A DNA stretch of 64,000 nucleotides from the human T2T-CHM13v2.0 reference genome, Homo sapiens: the NCBI RefSeq assembly GCF_009914755.1, contig NC_060930.1, one strand, 5' to 3'. Below are positions 42,595-56,799 of the stretch, in pieces. Position 1 is the stretch's first letter. Each line of letters begins with the position of its first letter. A program made the translations under genes and the position numbers. Below the pieces are notes generated by a model. The model saw nothing but the letters and a program-made list of their open reading frames with translations, was not told the origin of the DNA and did no database searches.

Positions 42595-43542
42595 ATCAGG
42601 GCATGCCAAGAACAGGTACAGGCCCCAGGATACAGAAAGTACTCAAATTTTATTTGTTGCCATTTTTATCTGAACTGTCCAAATTAGTGGGAATCTACCT
42701 ACTGATAATGATCTCCATAGACAGAAAAGTTACTTCAGATGAAAAGAAGGAGAGTGACAAACTCTTCTACTTACTAGTCATAACAGTCATTTAGAAATTT
42801 TTGTGTGCAAAATGTTATGGATAGGTTTAGTTAATCATCCTCACATGAAGGAAATACTCTCTTATTGCATCATTTTTGCTCTTGCAGCACTTAACTGTAT
42901 CCTTCGCTACATCACTTATTTTATATTGATAGTTATTGAAGTTTACCTGTCTGAACTCCTAAGGGTGGGAGCCCTCAGTGATTTAGCTTTATATTCTCTG
43001 CACAGAGCAGAGCATCTGGTGCATAGGAGGCACTGCACTGTAAATGATTAATTGATGAACTAACTGAATGGACAGATTCAGACTTCCCAGTTTCAGACAG
43101 ATATAACAAGTGTGTCTTTGGAGGGAGCACCAAATTGCAAAAGGAAAGGCTGCAACATTACTGCACAGCCTGGAAAAGGCATTGAACTCACTATTCCTAT
43201 GTTCTCTTCTGTTAAAAAAAATGAAGTGGGGCTGCAGTGGATTAATTTATTCATACAAAAGCTACTTAGTGAGTACTCTTGGCCACACACTATTGTAGAA
43301 TCTAGGAATATAGCAAGGAACAAGACAACATAAGATTTTATCTCATGCAACTTAAAATACATTAAAAGAAGACAGGAGATAAATAAGAACTTATTAGCTG
43401 GTTCTAGTGATTTGACAATGATTAAAGCAGGATGACACAATTGACAGACTGTTAATTGAAATCTGAATAATAAGGAGACAGCCATGCAATAATCTGGGGG
43501 AAGTCATGCTGGGTAGAGGGAGAAGTCAGTGCATAGACCTTA

Positions 43543-44084
<542 letters not shown>

Positions 44085-44506
44085 CTATTTATTTTTCAAA
44101 ATCACCGTTTCTAAGGGCAAACCACAGCAAAAGCAGAAACACCAGTTAGTTCACAGTGGCAGGAGTCCAGATAGGAGATGATGCTGATGGTTCCTCATAG
44201 GGTGGAAGCAGTCAGGATGGAAGGAGGTGGACACATCTGGAATCTCTTTGGGAAGTAAAGTTGACAAGACTTGCTTGTGTGTTTATTGGACACAGAATAA
44301 AAGAAAGAGAGAATCAAGAATGACTCCTAAGTTGTTATCATCAGTAAGTGGGTGAATCATGGGTTATTTACTAATAAGGGAAAATTGGAAAGAAATCAGG
44401 TTGCAGAATGGAAGTCATGATTTCTGCTTTGAGATTCCAATCAGAAATTTAAATATATACCAAGTGGACAATTGGATATGCAATGTGGAGTTAAGAGTTA
44501 GTTCAG

Positions 44507-44862
<356 letters not shown>

Positions 44863-44906
44863 TCAAGGCTGGATATAACATCTGAGAATTAATAGTATAT
44901 AGATTG

Positions 44907-45338
44907 CATATTGATTTTTAGGGCTATAATAACGAAGTACCCCAAACAGCAGAAATTTATTATCTCACAGTTCTGGAGGCTGGAAGTCTAAAATCAAGGT
45001 ATTGGCAGGACAATGCTCTCTCAAGTCATCTTGAGAAGGGGAATCTGTTCCATGCTTTTCTCTTAGCTTCCTTAGCATTTTTTGACCAATTTTCACCTCC
45101 AGTTTCCAATTGGCATTTTTTGACCAATTTCCACCTCCATTTTCTCTCTTCCTGTCTCTGTGTTCAAATTTTCCTCTTCTTGTAAGGAGACCAGTTTTTT
45201 GAATAAGGGTCCACTCTCATGACCTTATCTTAACTTGATTACATCAACAAATACCCTATTTCCAAATAAGGTCACATTCACAGGTATTAAGTTTTACAAC
45301 TTCAACATCCTTTGAGGAACACAATTTAACCCATAACG
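44907..45338 (-). mobile_element. MLT1C-type MaLR LTR
   Basis: cagaaatttattatctcacagttctggaggctggaagtctaaaatcaagg...ccctatttccaaataaggtcacattcacagg. Confidence 0.87.
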
Positions 45339-45915
45339 GATGGTATTTGAAGCCATGACACTGGATGTGGTCCCCTGGGAGAAGGTTAGGAAAAGAAAAG
45401 TTTCAAACACCTGGCCCTGGGGTGCTCCTGCCTTTAGAGGCTGAACAAGAGGGAGCCTGAAAAGGAGTCAGATGGAAAAGCAGGAAAGTCTGGGCTCCTA
45501 AAAGACAAGAGATGAGTGTTTTGATGAGATAGTGGTTAAAGCATATTTTTAAAAATAAAAAAACACTAGCTCATGGTTTCTTTTTTGGGAGAAGTTGATT
45601 TTACAGCAGAGAAGTTTCAAGTGCAAGAGCCACTCCCTGGAGTAGGCAGGAGGGGCTGGGCTCTAGAAGAGCTGCCCCTTGACTAGAGCAGGAGCCTGGG
45701 TCCTCTGCAGCACATCCCTTCACACATCTCTCTCTTGGATCAGGGGCGAAGGCAGACTTGCCAGAAGCACAGGCAGAGAGTTTGAGATGCGATGATGAAA
45801 AGGAGTGACAGCTCTCTTCTGAGTCCTTCAGTGTCCTCTGTAATGTGTGAGGCAAAGTTGTTCACTGAGTGTGAGGCAGGAAGAGGGGATGTGGGTGGTA
45901 TGAAGAGAGAAGTGA

Positions 45916-46974
45916 TATCAGGGGAACCCACCCCCAGTATTTCAACGTAGGTTCTATTTTCCATAAGTGTTGGCCAGCTGAGAAATAAAGAGAGACAGTA
46001 TAAAGAGAGGAATTTTTACAGCTGGGTGGCTGGGGGTGACATCACATATTGGTAGGACCATGATGCCCACCTGAGCCTCAAACCAGCAAGCTTTTTATTA
46101 AGGGTTTCAAAAGGGGAGGGGGTGTAATAATAGACAAAGATCACATGCTTCAAAGGGCAAAAAGCAGAACAAAGATCACATGCTTCTGAAGGAACAGGAC
46201 AAAGGGCAAAAACAGAACTACCGATAAGGGTCGAACAAAGATCACAAGGCAAAGGGCAAAAGCAGAACTACTGATAAGGGTCTACCTTCAGTGGTGCACG
46301 TATTATCTAGATAAACACCTTACCAGAAAACAGGGTTCAAGAGCAGAGAACCAGTCTGGCCACAAACTTACCAGGGCAGAATTTTTTCCCCACCCTAGTA
46401 AGCCTGAGGGTACTACAGGAGAGCAGGGCGTATCTCAGTCTTTATCTCAACCGCATAAGACAGACACTCCCAGAGTGGCTGTTTATAGACCTCCCCCCAA
46501 GAATGCATTCCTTTAATTAATATTAATATTAATATTAATATTCCTTGCTAGGAAAAGAATTTAGCGATATCTTCCCTACTTGCACGTCTGTTTATAGGCT
46601 CTCTGCAAGAAGAAAAACATGGCTCTTTTTGCCCGACCCCGCAGGTAGTCAGACCTTATGGTTGTCTTCTCTTGTTCCCTAAAAATCCCTGTTATTCTGT
46701 TCTTTTTCAAGGTGCACTGATTTCATATTGTTCAAACACACAGGTTTCACAATCAGTTTGTACAGTTAACACAATTATCACAGTGGTCCTGAGGTGATGT
46801 ACATCCTCAGCTTACGAAGATAACAGGATTAAGAGATTAGAGTAAAGACAGGCATAAGAAATTATAGAAGTATTATTTGGAACTGATAAATGTCCATGAA
46901 ATCTTCACAATTTATGTTCCTCTGCTGTGGCTCCAGCCAGTCCCTCCATTTGGGGTCCCTGACTTCCCACAATA
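45916..46974 (-). mobile_element. MER11 (MER11A-like) solo LTR of HERV-K HML-8
   Basis: Minus strand begins tattgtgggaagtcagggacccc...gaacataaattgtgaagatttcatggac and ends ggttcccctgata; 6-bp TSD aagtga (45910-45915)/aggtga (46975-46980); poly(A) signal at 46094-46099. Confidence 0.93.
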
Positions 46975-47102
46975 AGGTGAAGGTGTGAGAGGTATTTTGG
47001 AAGACTGGGAAGGAAAAATACCAAGTATATATATTAGGGTTGATCTCTGAGGTTGCTTCCAGTTTGGATTCCATTATTCCAGCCAATAATACGTTCTTAC
47101 AT

Positions 47103-47141
47103 GATAGATAGACAGATAGATACATAGATAGATACATACAT

Positions 47142-47193
<52 letters not shown>
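47103..47193. repeat. Complex GATA tetranucleotide STR with (GATA)13 at 47142-47193
   Basis: Counted directly. Confidence 0.97.
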
Positions 47194-47206
47194 CAGTGAG
47201 TGAGTG

Positions 47207-47561
47207 GGCTAGGGTCTAAGTGTTTGTATCTTCCCAATTTCCAAATTCATATGTCAAAATCTCAGCCTTCAAGCTGATGGTATTAGGAGATGAGGACTTT
47301 GTTAGAAGATGAGGATAGGATTAGTGCCTTCATAAAAGAGAACCTGGAGAGCTTGTTTACCCCTTTCACCATGAGGACACAGTGAAAAGATACCATCTAT
47401 GAGGAGGTGGTCCCTCACCAGACACCAGATCTGCTGGAACCAAGACCTTGGATCAAGATCATGAATTTCCCAGCCTCCAGAAATGTGGGAAACAAATTTC
47501 TGGTTTTTATAAGCTACCCAGTTTATGGTATTTTGTTATGGCATCCCAAATGGCCTAAAAT
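47207..47561 (+). mobile_element. MLT1A-type MaLR LTR
   Basis: aaattcatatgtcaaaatc...gatggtattaggag...gattagtgccttcataaaagag...ccctcaccagacacc...agctacccagtttatggtattttgttat. Confidence 0.85.
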
Positions 47562-47562
47562 G

Positions 47563-47602
47563 GGTAGGTAGGTAGGTAGGTAGACAAATAGAGAGATGAT
47601 AC

Positions 47603-47660
<58 letters not shown>
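47563..47660. repeat. (TAGG)n plus (TAGA)14 STR
   Basis: Counted directly; pure run at 47604-47659. Confidence 0.97.
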
Positions 47661-48537
47661 CTAAGATTAATCTGTCTCTCTCTCTCTGTTCATCTCTCTA
47701 CCTGTGTACTTTCACAGTTACTTATTAAAAACTGATTTGTAAGTGTCCTTTATGTGTCAAGGGTATTGCTACTGGCTAATTTTCATGTTGTTACACTTTT
47801 TAAAGTCTACTCTTTGCTTATTAATTTTGTTATGATATTTTCTGGGTTAATTTTTTCATGTTGTCAAATCTCATACTTCCTTGTGACTTTTGTCAGTAGT
47901 TTTATGCATAGAAAATCCTTCCTTTAGAAGAACATTACAGTTTTCTTTTCAGGTTCACCTGCCACCTTTTCTAGGACTACTGGTTTATGATCCTGTCACC
48001 TATGGTTACGTTCCTCAAAGTCCTAACACTTGTCCCCATCTGCACCTGGGTGTGGAGCAGATGACACATGCACAGCACTGGCTTCTTCTGCACCTGAAGA
48101 GTGTGGAAAATACACACTGTCAGATCCAAATTAATAGCGAAGTTATTTTATGCTTTTTATTTTTCATATAATTGAATATTCAGCTTTTTCACATGGATTG
48201 CTCAGTTTTTCAGCTTAAAGTCAGGAGTTGGGGGAAAAAAAAAGCAAAACAGTTAAGTGAAAAGAAGGAATATCTGGTGAACAAGTAGAGCTTCGTCTGT
48301 TTTCACCATGGAAGCTGGTGGTCAGATGCCTGGAGCACAGAGAGAAAAGCCCTTGGAGAAGCTCAGACGTCAAGAGAGAAGCTCTGCCTCATGGTGTCAA
48401 TGGACAAACCAGGGCTGGGAAGAGTATTTTGCTCTCAAGGTTTGAGGCGCTCTCTTTCAGGGACTTTCCAGGGACTTGAATAAGGGTCTGAAGTCTCCTT
48501 TGTCACGTTTCACTTCATCTAATATGATCTCTGTCAC

Positions 48538-48836
48538 TTTTTTTTTTTTTTTTTTTTGAGACTGAGTCTTGCACCGTCACCCAGACTGGAGTGCAGTGGC
48601 ACGATCTCGGCCCACTGCAACCTCGGCCTCCCCGGGTTCAAGTGATTCTCCTGCCTCAGCCTCCTGAGTAGCTGGGATTACAGGCATGCGCCAACACCCA
48701 GCTAATTTTTGTATTTTTAGTACAGACGGGGTTTCACCATGTTGGTCAGGCTGGTCACAAACGCCTAACCTCGTGATTCGCCCACCTTGGCCTCCGAAAG
48801 TGTTGGGATTACAGGCGTGAGCCACCGCGCCCTGCC
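48538..48836 (-). mobile_element. AluSg-like
   Basis: Poly-T, acctcgtgat diagnostic; TSD ctctgtcact. Confidence 0.95.
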
Positions 48837-49394
48837 AGCTCTGTCACTGTTACTTGAGAAGAGCAAGTCCGCCCTTGGGCTGAGTTCAAGTTTGCTTCTA
48901 AAGAAATAGTGTGGGAGCGATTAAGCAGGAAGCATGTGGCCTGAGCATGCGCATTTCTATCCAGTCAGGGATACTCAGGCTGACGCCTCCCTCCAGTGCA
49001 GGAATCATGAAATAACAAATATTTATTGAGCACCTACTCCTTACCAGGCATTGTTTCAGAAATGAGAAATCTTACTTGTATATTGAATTTGCCTAAATTA
49101 GACGATCCTTTCAAAAGAACTAACTCTTCTATAGTATGCAGACTGAGGATATCCTAATTCCTTCAGCTTTTCACTTACCTCATCAGATATAATGACACTG
49201 TCTCACAATTATATTTCTTCAACGTCCAGCCATTAGTCTCTGTTCAGATATTAATAATTATTATTATGATGATGTTATTACTATTAGTATTATTTACTCC
49301 TGAATTAGCAGGATGACATAGAGATCATTAGTGACAATACACCATCCGCAATGTCATCAGAATTGTTTGTACTTCTGGGTCTGTGTCTTTGCTC

Positions 49395-49506
49395 TATCTT
49401 CTCTCTCCCTGCCATCTCTCCACTCTCTTCTCTCTGTTTCTGTCCCTCTTCTGTCTCTCTTCTCCCTCCTCTTCTTCCTCTTCTCCCTCCTCCTCCTCCT
49501 CCTCCT

Positions 49507-49546
<40 letters not shown>

Positions 49547-49547
49547 A
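49395..49547. repeat. CT-rich polypyrimidine tract, (CCT)n, (TC)n, then (CA)13
   Basis: Direct reading. Confidence 0.93.
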
Positions 49548-51889
49548 GCAACATACAGCACGCCTGGATTTCAAACAATGGGGTGCCCTTTCCCACATTA
49601 CCCATAGAGCACACAACTCCAGCCCTCTCTATTCACAGATTTAGCTGCTGTAGAGGTTCATGGTGTACTGTCACGTACAATTTTCTTTCTTTTGTGGAGT
49701 AATTGAAATGGAGTCATGACTCAATCCCTACTGAAACACTGCATTGTGAGGCTGACAGATTTGGAAAATACTGCAACTCCTACCCTAACCAAAGCTGTCT
49801 TTCTGGTCCCTATTCTATTATTCTTCCCATCAGTTGCTGTCCGTGCTTGGAGACTCTTTTCCCTACTTAATTTAGTTGCATGACTAGAAGTAATGAGGAG
49901 CCTAAGTGAATTGCAGATTGGGGCTGAAAAAAATAGTGCCCTATCTTCAGAGTAAATTAGTTTAAAAGTAAGGCCATGCTTACATCAGGATCTCTCCAAT
50001 GAAATATTGGAAGAAGTCAGGGTTCCAGGGAATGAAATGACTTTGGACTCCTTGAATCGTAATTGATTAGTGTATATGTGATCCATTTTAAGTGGTTCCA
50101 GCTAAGTACAATCCTACTTATAGAGGTTGTTCATTTTAATTTTTCCCTCGATTAAATCCCATTGCCGTGTGAACCTCATTATTTCCCTGGACCATCCTTC
50201 CAATTGCTCCTTTACCTTAAAGAAGAAATTGAGATCCTTGTGAAGGTAAGCATTTAGCATGGTTTTATGCTAGAGTGAGATCTGGACTTTGATTTGAGAG
50301 CTTCTCATCTGTAGAACTGAACATTTCAGCACAAAGGTACCACCCGCTCAGACTCTAATGCCATCAGCTTCGTAGCTGGGTGGCATTGCTATGGCAGTCT
50401 CTCAGTGCACATCATGCCCTGTCTGCCCAATTGTCAATGAGGTCCTTGATTCAAGTATTTTTGGTCCTTATGATGCAGGATTTATACCATGTATTGATGT
50501 AGCTAATGCCAGCTAATGACTTGTGACATATACCCATGTGCTCTTCCCTGTTACTCCTCTCTTTCCCCCTCCATTTGCTTCCTCCTTCCCCGCTTATTTC
50601 TCCTCACTAAGGAATGGCATCATTCTTGCCATGGCACCAAGATATTAAGCCCCTGGCCTGCTTCTTTGATGACATTGCCTTGATTGTGCCTTGCTACTTT
50701 CTCAGGTACTTCTCTAGTTCTTATTACGTTGATGTTGAGCCCTCTGTACCTTTTGAATGTGCTCACAATCTGATATTTTCAATATAATTGTATGCTTTCC
50801 ATCATTAAAAGTGCTGGGCTAAGGCCTGCATTGAGTAGTGCCTTCTTCAGGCCCCATGTTGCTCTGTGCCAGTCCTGAGTCCACCTTGGACAGCCCTCCT
50901 CTCCGACGGAAGACTGCTCCTTCGCTTTGCTACTTATGGCCCCTGAGGGATTCAGCTCTGGGCTACGGTGCCAAACACTCTACTCATCACATTCCTAATT
51001 CTCTCCGGGGCCATCCTGATTGTTTTTAGTTTTTTACTGACTCCTGGCCCCATGGAGCAGCCCCTGGCTCTGCAGTCTGTGTGGCAGAGTCCACACAGAG
51101 CAACATGGTCTCAGGACCGCAGCAGCCACACAACTCTCAGATCTCTGTGGTCTTTGTGCAGCTCCACTGACTCCTCTCAGCAGGCTTGGAGGACCGTTTA
51201 TCTTGTCCTGTGGTGCTGAGTAGAAAGACATAGTTTCATGGTAATCAGGCAGTGTGGAAACTAGCTCTCCAGTATAGCATAGTTTCTCATTTCGTAGACT
51301 TTTCCTCCTCCTAATTTCAAATGCTCCTTCAATGACAGACATGCAGTATCCCCTATGGAACCCAGTCTGCCAGCTGGAACTGGAGCAGAAAACATTAGCT
51401 CTGTCTCACCTGCCACGTGGGCAACACTCACACATAGATGCTAATTTAGATAAGTTTTAATTCAGTCTAACTTAGAAGGCCATTATAATGGGAACAAACA
51501 ACATCTTCTCATAGGGTAAAACATTGTCCCAGATCCTAGAGCAAGCAAATATGATCTTAACTTTCAGGTACATAAATATTCTTATGAACATACACAGTAA
51601 CACAACACATATGCAGAGTATGTACCACTGTATAGATCGACCACACACTTCACAGCACGCATCAACACCTGTACCAATGTGACTACAGCATGAAATATTA
51701 GGATTATTCAAAAAATAGCCATTTTGAAATCAGCCAATTTCTGTATTGAAAACTGAACATTAAGTTGTAAATAGTGCTCTGTCATGCTTTCCCCAAACCC
51801 CTGCCCAGACCGATTTATCTTGGGTCTTTTTAAGGTACAGGTGATTCTCAGTGATTTACTCTAGGAATATGCTAACCCCTTTCTCTTGC

Positions 51890-52220
51890 CATGCAATTTT
51901 AGTCCACACTTGTTCCTTGTTCACCAGAGAAACCTCAATTACAACTTCAGACCCACTGAGCCACTCAATTTCCTATAGGTTCCCATCCAAAATTTGCGGT
52001 TCTGCTCCTCTTGTTCCATAATCATGCAGCACTTTGTGCATTCTCTTCTGTAGTACTTTGATATAGGATGGTGGCTATTTGTGTCCACAACCATCCTTAC
52101 ATTATTCTGTGAACTTCCTAAGAGAAGGGGCTCTTCTCACCCATCTCTGCAATCCTAACACTGCAGCGTAGTGCCTGGAATGTGGTAGACCCTCCCTTAA
52201 TCCATTTCTACTGAATTACT
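51890..52220 (+). mobile_element. L2 3' region
   Basis: ctgtgaacttcctaagagaaggggc...gtagtgcctggaatgtggtag...ctgaatt. Confidence 0.6.
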
Positions 52221-53304
52221 ACTGGATGAGTGATTGGATTGCCAATTGATTTGTCACTTCAGTCATGCATTCATATGTTAAACTGTGTGGATCAAAACCC
52301 AAAGTTATCCACAGTAGCGTAATACAAACCCAGCCTAAGGATTTCGTTGGTAAAATCCTAGCAGGAGGATCGGTTGCCCTTCCCAGTGTGTAACTGTGCT
52401 CTTCCCAACACGGCTGCTTGATCATGCTGATGTATTCAGGGATGCTTTTAGATTTGATTGATTGATTAGTCTCTGTTCTCTTCAGTTTCCCATAAAGTTG
52501 CATGTGAGTGTGCTTAATGGGCTAGTACCTATTTTTCTTTCCTTCAGCAGTTGGTTGGGGAATTTTTCTTTGCATAGGGAAATCTAACGCCTTGTCTGTC
52601 AGTGTGGCAGTTCTGGTGATGTGACTGTTTAGTGAGACAAGGATTAAGAATATTTAGTCATCGGCACCTAAACTATGTTCTCTCCTGTCAGGGTAGGAGT
52701 CAATGAAGACATCTTAGTCTTCTTAATAAGTTACAGATAATCTGTCTCTGAGTGCATGCTTCCTGCTTCTAGCTTGGAGCCAAATGTTGCTCACACTGAA
52801 AAGAATAATGTCTGTCTGTTTGTTTGGATATTAACTCTATTTTGATCTATAGCACAATTTTGTAATTCAGATTGTCACCCCTGCACTTCGTACCACATGT
52901 GCATATTCGTTCTTCCCAGTCATTGCTGCAATTATCTTGTCTGTTCTTTGTGTAATATGTTCTGTGTGGGCCTCTGCATTGAATTCCATTTCTTGGGCAA
53001 TTATGGAAATTCCAGTTTGGCTGCAGTTTAACTTTGCACTCTCTATTCATATGAAGTTTTCTAAATAAACTTGAAGAGTAGCATAGTTTGAAATCATCGT
53101 GAATCTCCTTAAAGGAAGAATTTTTAAAGAAGGAATAATTTTTGAAAACAATCAATTCTGCTAATCAGGTGTAGTTTTCTCCAGTTATGAACATAATCTC
53201 TATCTGGAAACATCCTACAAAAATTATCTCCATTATCTTATGTATGTTAAAATAATTAAAAAATGCTTCTTAAAATGTGTCAATAACTCATATTTTAACT
53301 TAAA

Positions 53305-54257
53305 TACTTTTAAATTTTTAAAAATAGACAATAATTGTACATTTCCCTAGGGTAATAGTGATGTTTCAATACACATAAAGTATGATGATCGGATCAGGGT
53401 AATTAGCATATCCATCACCTCAAACATTTATCACTTTTTGGTTTGAGAACATTCAATAGTTTCCTTCTAGCTTTTTGAAACTATATATTATTGTTAGCTA
53501 TAGTCTTCTGCAGTACGGTAGAAGGCTAGAAATTATTCCTCTCATCTATCTGTAATTTCGTATCCTTTAACAAATCTCTCTCTATCCCCCTACCCCCTAC
53601 CCTTCCCAGTCTCTTATATCTTCTGTTCTACTTTTTACTTCTATGAGATCAACATTTTTTAGCTTCCACATATGAGTAAGAGCACATGGTGTTTAACTTT
53701 CTGTTCCTGGCTTATTTCACTTCACATAAGTTCCTCCAGTTCCATTTATATTACCACAAATGACAGGATTTCATTCTTTTTTATGGTTGAATAGTAGTCC
53801 ATTATGTATGTATTGGAATAACTATAGTCATCAGCTATTGGACACCTAGGTTGATTCCATATCTTGACTATTGTAAATAGTGCTGCAATAAACAAGGGGG
53901 TACAGATGTCTGTTTGATACACTGATTTTCTTTCCTTCAGATAAGTGCCCAGTAGTGGGATTTCTGGATCATATGGTAGTTCTATTTGTAATTTTTTGAG
54001 GAAACTCCATACTATTTTCCATGGTGGCTTTACTAGTTTACAGTCCCACCAACAGTGTATGAGTTACCTTTTCTCTGCATCCTCACCAGCATTTGCTATC
54101 TTTTGTCTTTTGATAATAGCCACCCTAATTGGGGTGAGATGATACTTCATTGTGGTTTTGATTTGCATTCCCCTGATGATTAGTAATGTTGAACATTTTT
54201 TCATATATTTATTAGCCATTTGTTTGTCTTCTTTTGAGAAATGTCTATTCAGATCAC
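53305..54257 (-). mobile_element. L1MA (MA3/4-like) 3' ~950 bp
   Basis: atcagggtaattagcatatccatcacctcaaacatttatca...cccagtagtgggatttctggatcatatggtagttctattt...gagaaatgtctattcagatc. Confidence 0.92.
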
Positions 54258-54465
54258 TTTATTGCTTTTTCTTTTTCTATTAATCTAAGGAAGGCCCTCT
54301 ATAGTTCTCAGAATTGAAAGGTCACGATATAGGAATACATGAAGAACTGTCTTCACATTATACCATAAACTCCCAACATTCTTTCCTTTTAACAAAGCCC
54401 AGGGCAAAGGGTATTTCTGGTTTTTCTAAGAGCTACAGAAGTTCCAGAACTGTACTTGGAAATAG

Positions 54466-54682
54466 GGAAAGGACTGGCAAACTTTTCCTGCAAAAGGCCA
54501 TGGAGTGAATATTAGGGCCATATACAGTCTCTGTCACATACTTTTCTTTGCCCCACCCTCCAACCCTGGGCCCTGCTTCGACAACACCTTAAAAATGTAA
54601 AATCCATTTTTATCTCATAAGACCATACAACAACAGGGGCTAGGCTGGATTTGGCCCACAGACAGGAGCTTGAGAATGCCTG
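54466..54682. mobile_element. MER58A (hAT-Charlie MITE)
   Basis: ggcaaacttttcctgcaaaaggcc...cagtctctgtcaca...ggctggatttggcccacag. Confidence 0.8.
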
Positions 54683-54879
54683 GCATAAAGGATTGCTGTT
54701 TCCTTGTGAGTGCATATGGTTATGTATGTTGTGAGTGTGTGTGAGTGTGTTTGTGTGAAGGATTTAGATGGTGGCCATTGAAAGCCTGGAAAACATTTTT
54801 TTTTCTAGTTTGTGAAACATTGTAGTCTTTCCTGATGCTCAATTTAGATCCTTTTAATGACCTAAAACTAGCCAATTTA

Positions 54880-55033
54880 GGCCGGGCGCAGTGGTTCACG
54901 ACTGTAATCCCAGCACTTTGGGAGGCCGAGGCAGGCGGATCACGAGGTCAGGAGATTGAGACCATCCTGGCTAACACAGTGAAACCCCGTCTCCACTGAA
55001 AACACAAAAAAATTAGCCAGGCATGGTGGCAGG
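54880..55033 (+). mobile_element. AluY-like, 3'-truncated (left arm and linker only)
   Basis: gagaccatcctggctaacac; ends abruptly at gcatggtggcagg. Confidence 0.92.
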
Positions 55034-55184
55034 TCCCTCTCATACCACAACCCAGCAAAAACAGCTATTAAGTTATTCATGTCAGTTTGCTTCCGAACTT
55101 TTTTGTACATATGTGTTCCTATTATATGTACACATCTATACACATGTTTATGATATATACATATGTATAGAGCCATAACTATGA

Positions 55185-55538
<354 letters not shown>

Positions 55539-56799
55539 TAATCTGTTTTAGGCATCTTCTGATATAATCACTGGTTCTTTGAAAACATAATTTTAGGCAC
55601 CATTCTATCTTATCAAAATATCGCCATGCGTTGATTCATTTTCTATTAGACTGTTTTCACTCTAATGCATGGCCCTACAATTAACAATGTCAAAGCTGCA
55701 GTAGTTGTGGGTAATTTTTAGAAAGTGGCAATTTTGCTCTCCTGAATGAGGGCCAGAGGTCTCACAAATACATAACTGGAGGAAAGCAGGAAACAATCAC
55801 ATTAGTTTCTTAGAAATTCACGTTAATAAGGAAAGGGAGTGAAAAAGCTTGGATATTTCCCACTAGGAAGTAAGCAACCTTCAAACGTTTCTTATGTTTA
55901 TTTTACTCAACAAGATATGCCAAGCGCTTCATGACACTTTCTCAGCCAGCTTATCTTTCCTGTCTGTAAATTCTTTTTTCCACTTTACCTCACCTTCCAC
56001 TTCTTCTCCATGAGTGCCATAGGCCTCAACTATGTGTAAGGTATGCTAAAAAACCAGAACTTTTAAAATAAGTATTTGCTGTTGGCAATTCAACCTAAAG
56101 CAGGCCACCAATTTCAGGTGATAGCGAAATAACGATGATTGGAAATACAAAACTTAAGGAAGATGCATGGCATTTGCTTTTATATTGTCTGTGCCAGATG
56201 AATTAGCTTTGAGTTCTACAGATACAGAAACTTCTAAAAACTGAAATAGCCTGGTATTTGGCAGTAAAAGTTTTGATGAAAAAATGTAAAATTTTACCTC
56301 ATAGGTAGTGTTTGTCATAGAAGCTCAAAAGATAAAATAAATTCAAATTTCTTATGTATCATAACAAATACTGCAAAATATTAGCCTAAGGCCATACAGC
56401 TACAACAGTGAAAGTATCTGAATCAGAAATATGTATACTATTCTCTTTATCTAACAAAGGTATACACTGTCAGCAAAAAGAATAAAAGAAAGGATTCTCT
56501 TCCAAAAGGAACAACTGGCTCATTGATATTGATAATATCCAGGGATCTGGATATCAGTGGCTTTCTTTGATACCTAGAGCCTTCCCTAAGTGACCAGGTG
56601 GATTCATTCAGAAAGCATCTTCAGAGCTAATTTCATTTCCTACCCACAAAAGCCACTTAGCACAAAGGCAATTTCCAGGTTCTTTCAGAACGTAGAAGGA
56701 TAGAGGTAATGCCTAAAGCCAGATGCCAGTTCTGAATAAGGCTGCCAGAACTTCTTCTGCTCATTGTCTTCATTCCATTTCATTTTACTAAGCAATTGG

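Noticed and set aside
46134-46282. Interleaved short repeats as a CRISPR-like array
   Set aside because: They are the internal tandem repeats of the MER11 LTR and have no unique spacers.
47103-47660. Identity with a named forensic STR
   Set aside because: The flanks do not match any marker flank I can recall, so no name is assigned.
50350-50400. Hairpin aatgccatcagct-tcgt-agctgggtggcatt as a pre-miRNA or snoRNA
   Set aside because: The ~13-bp stem is too short for a Drosha substrate, there are no snoRNA boxes, and it matches no RNA family I recognise.
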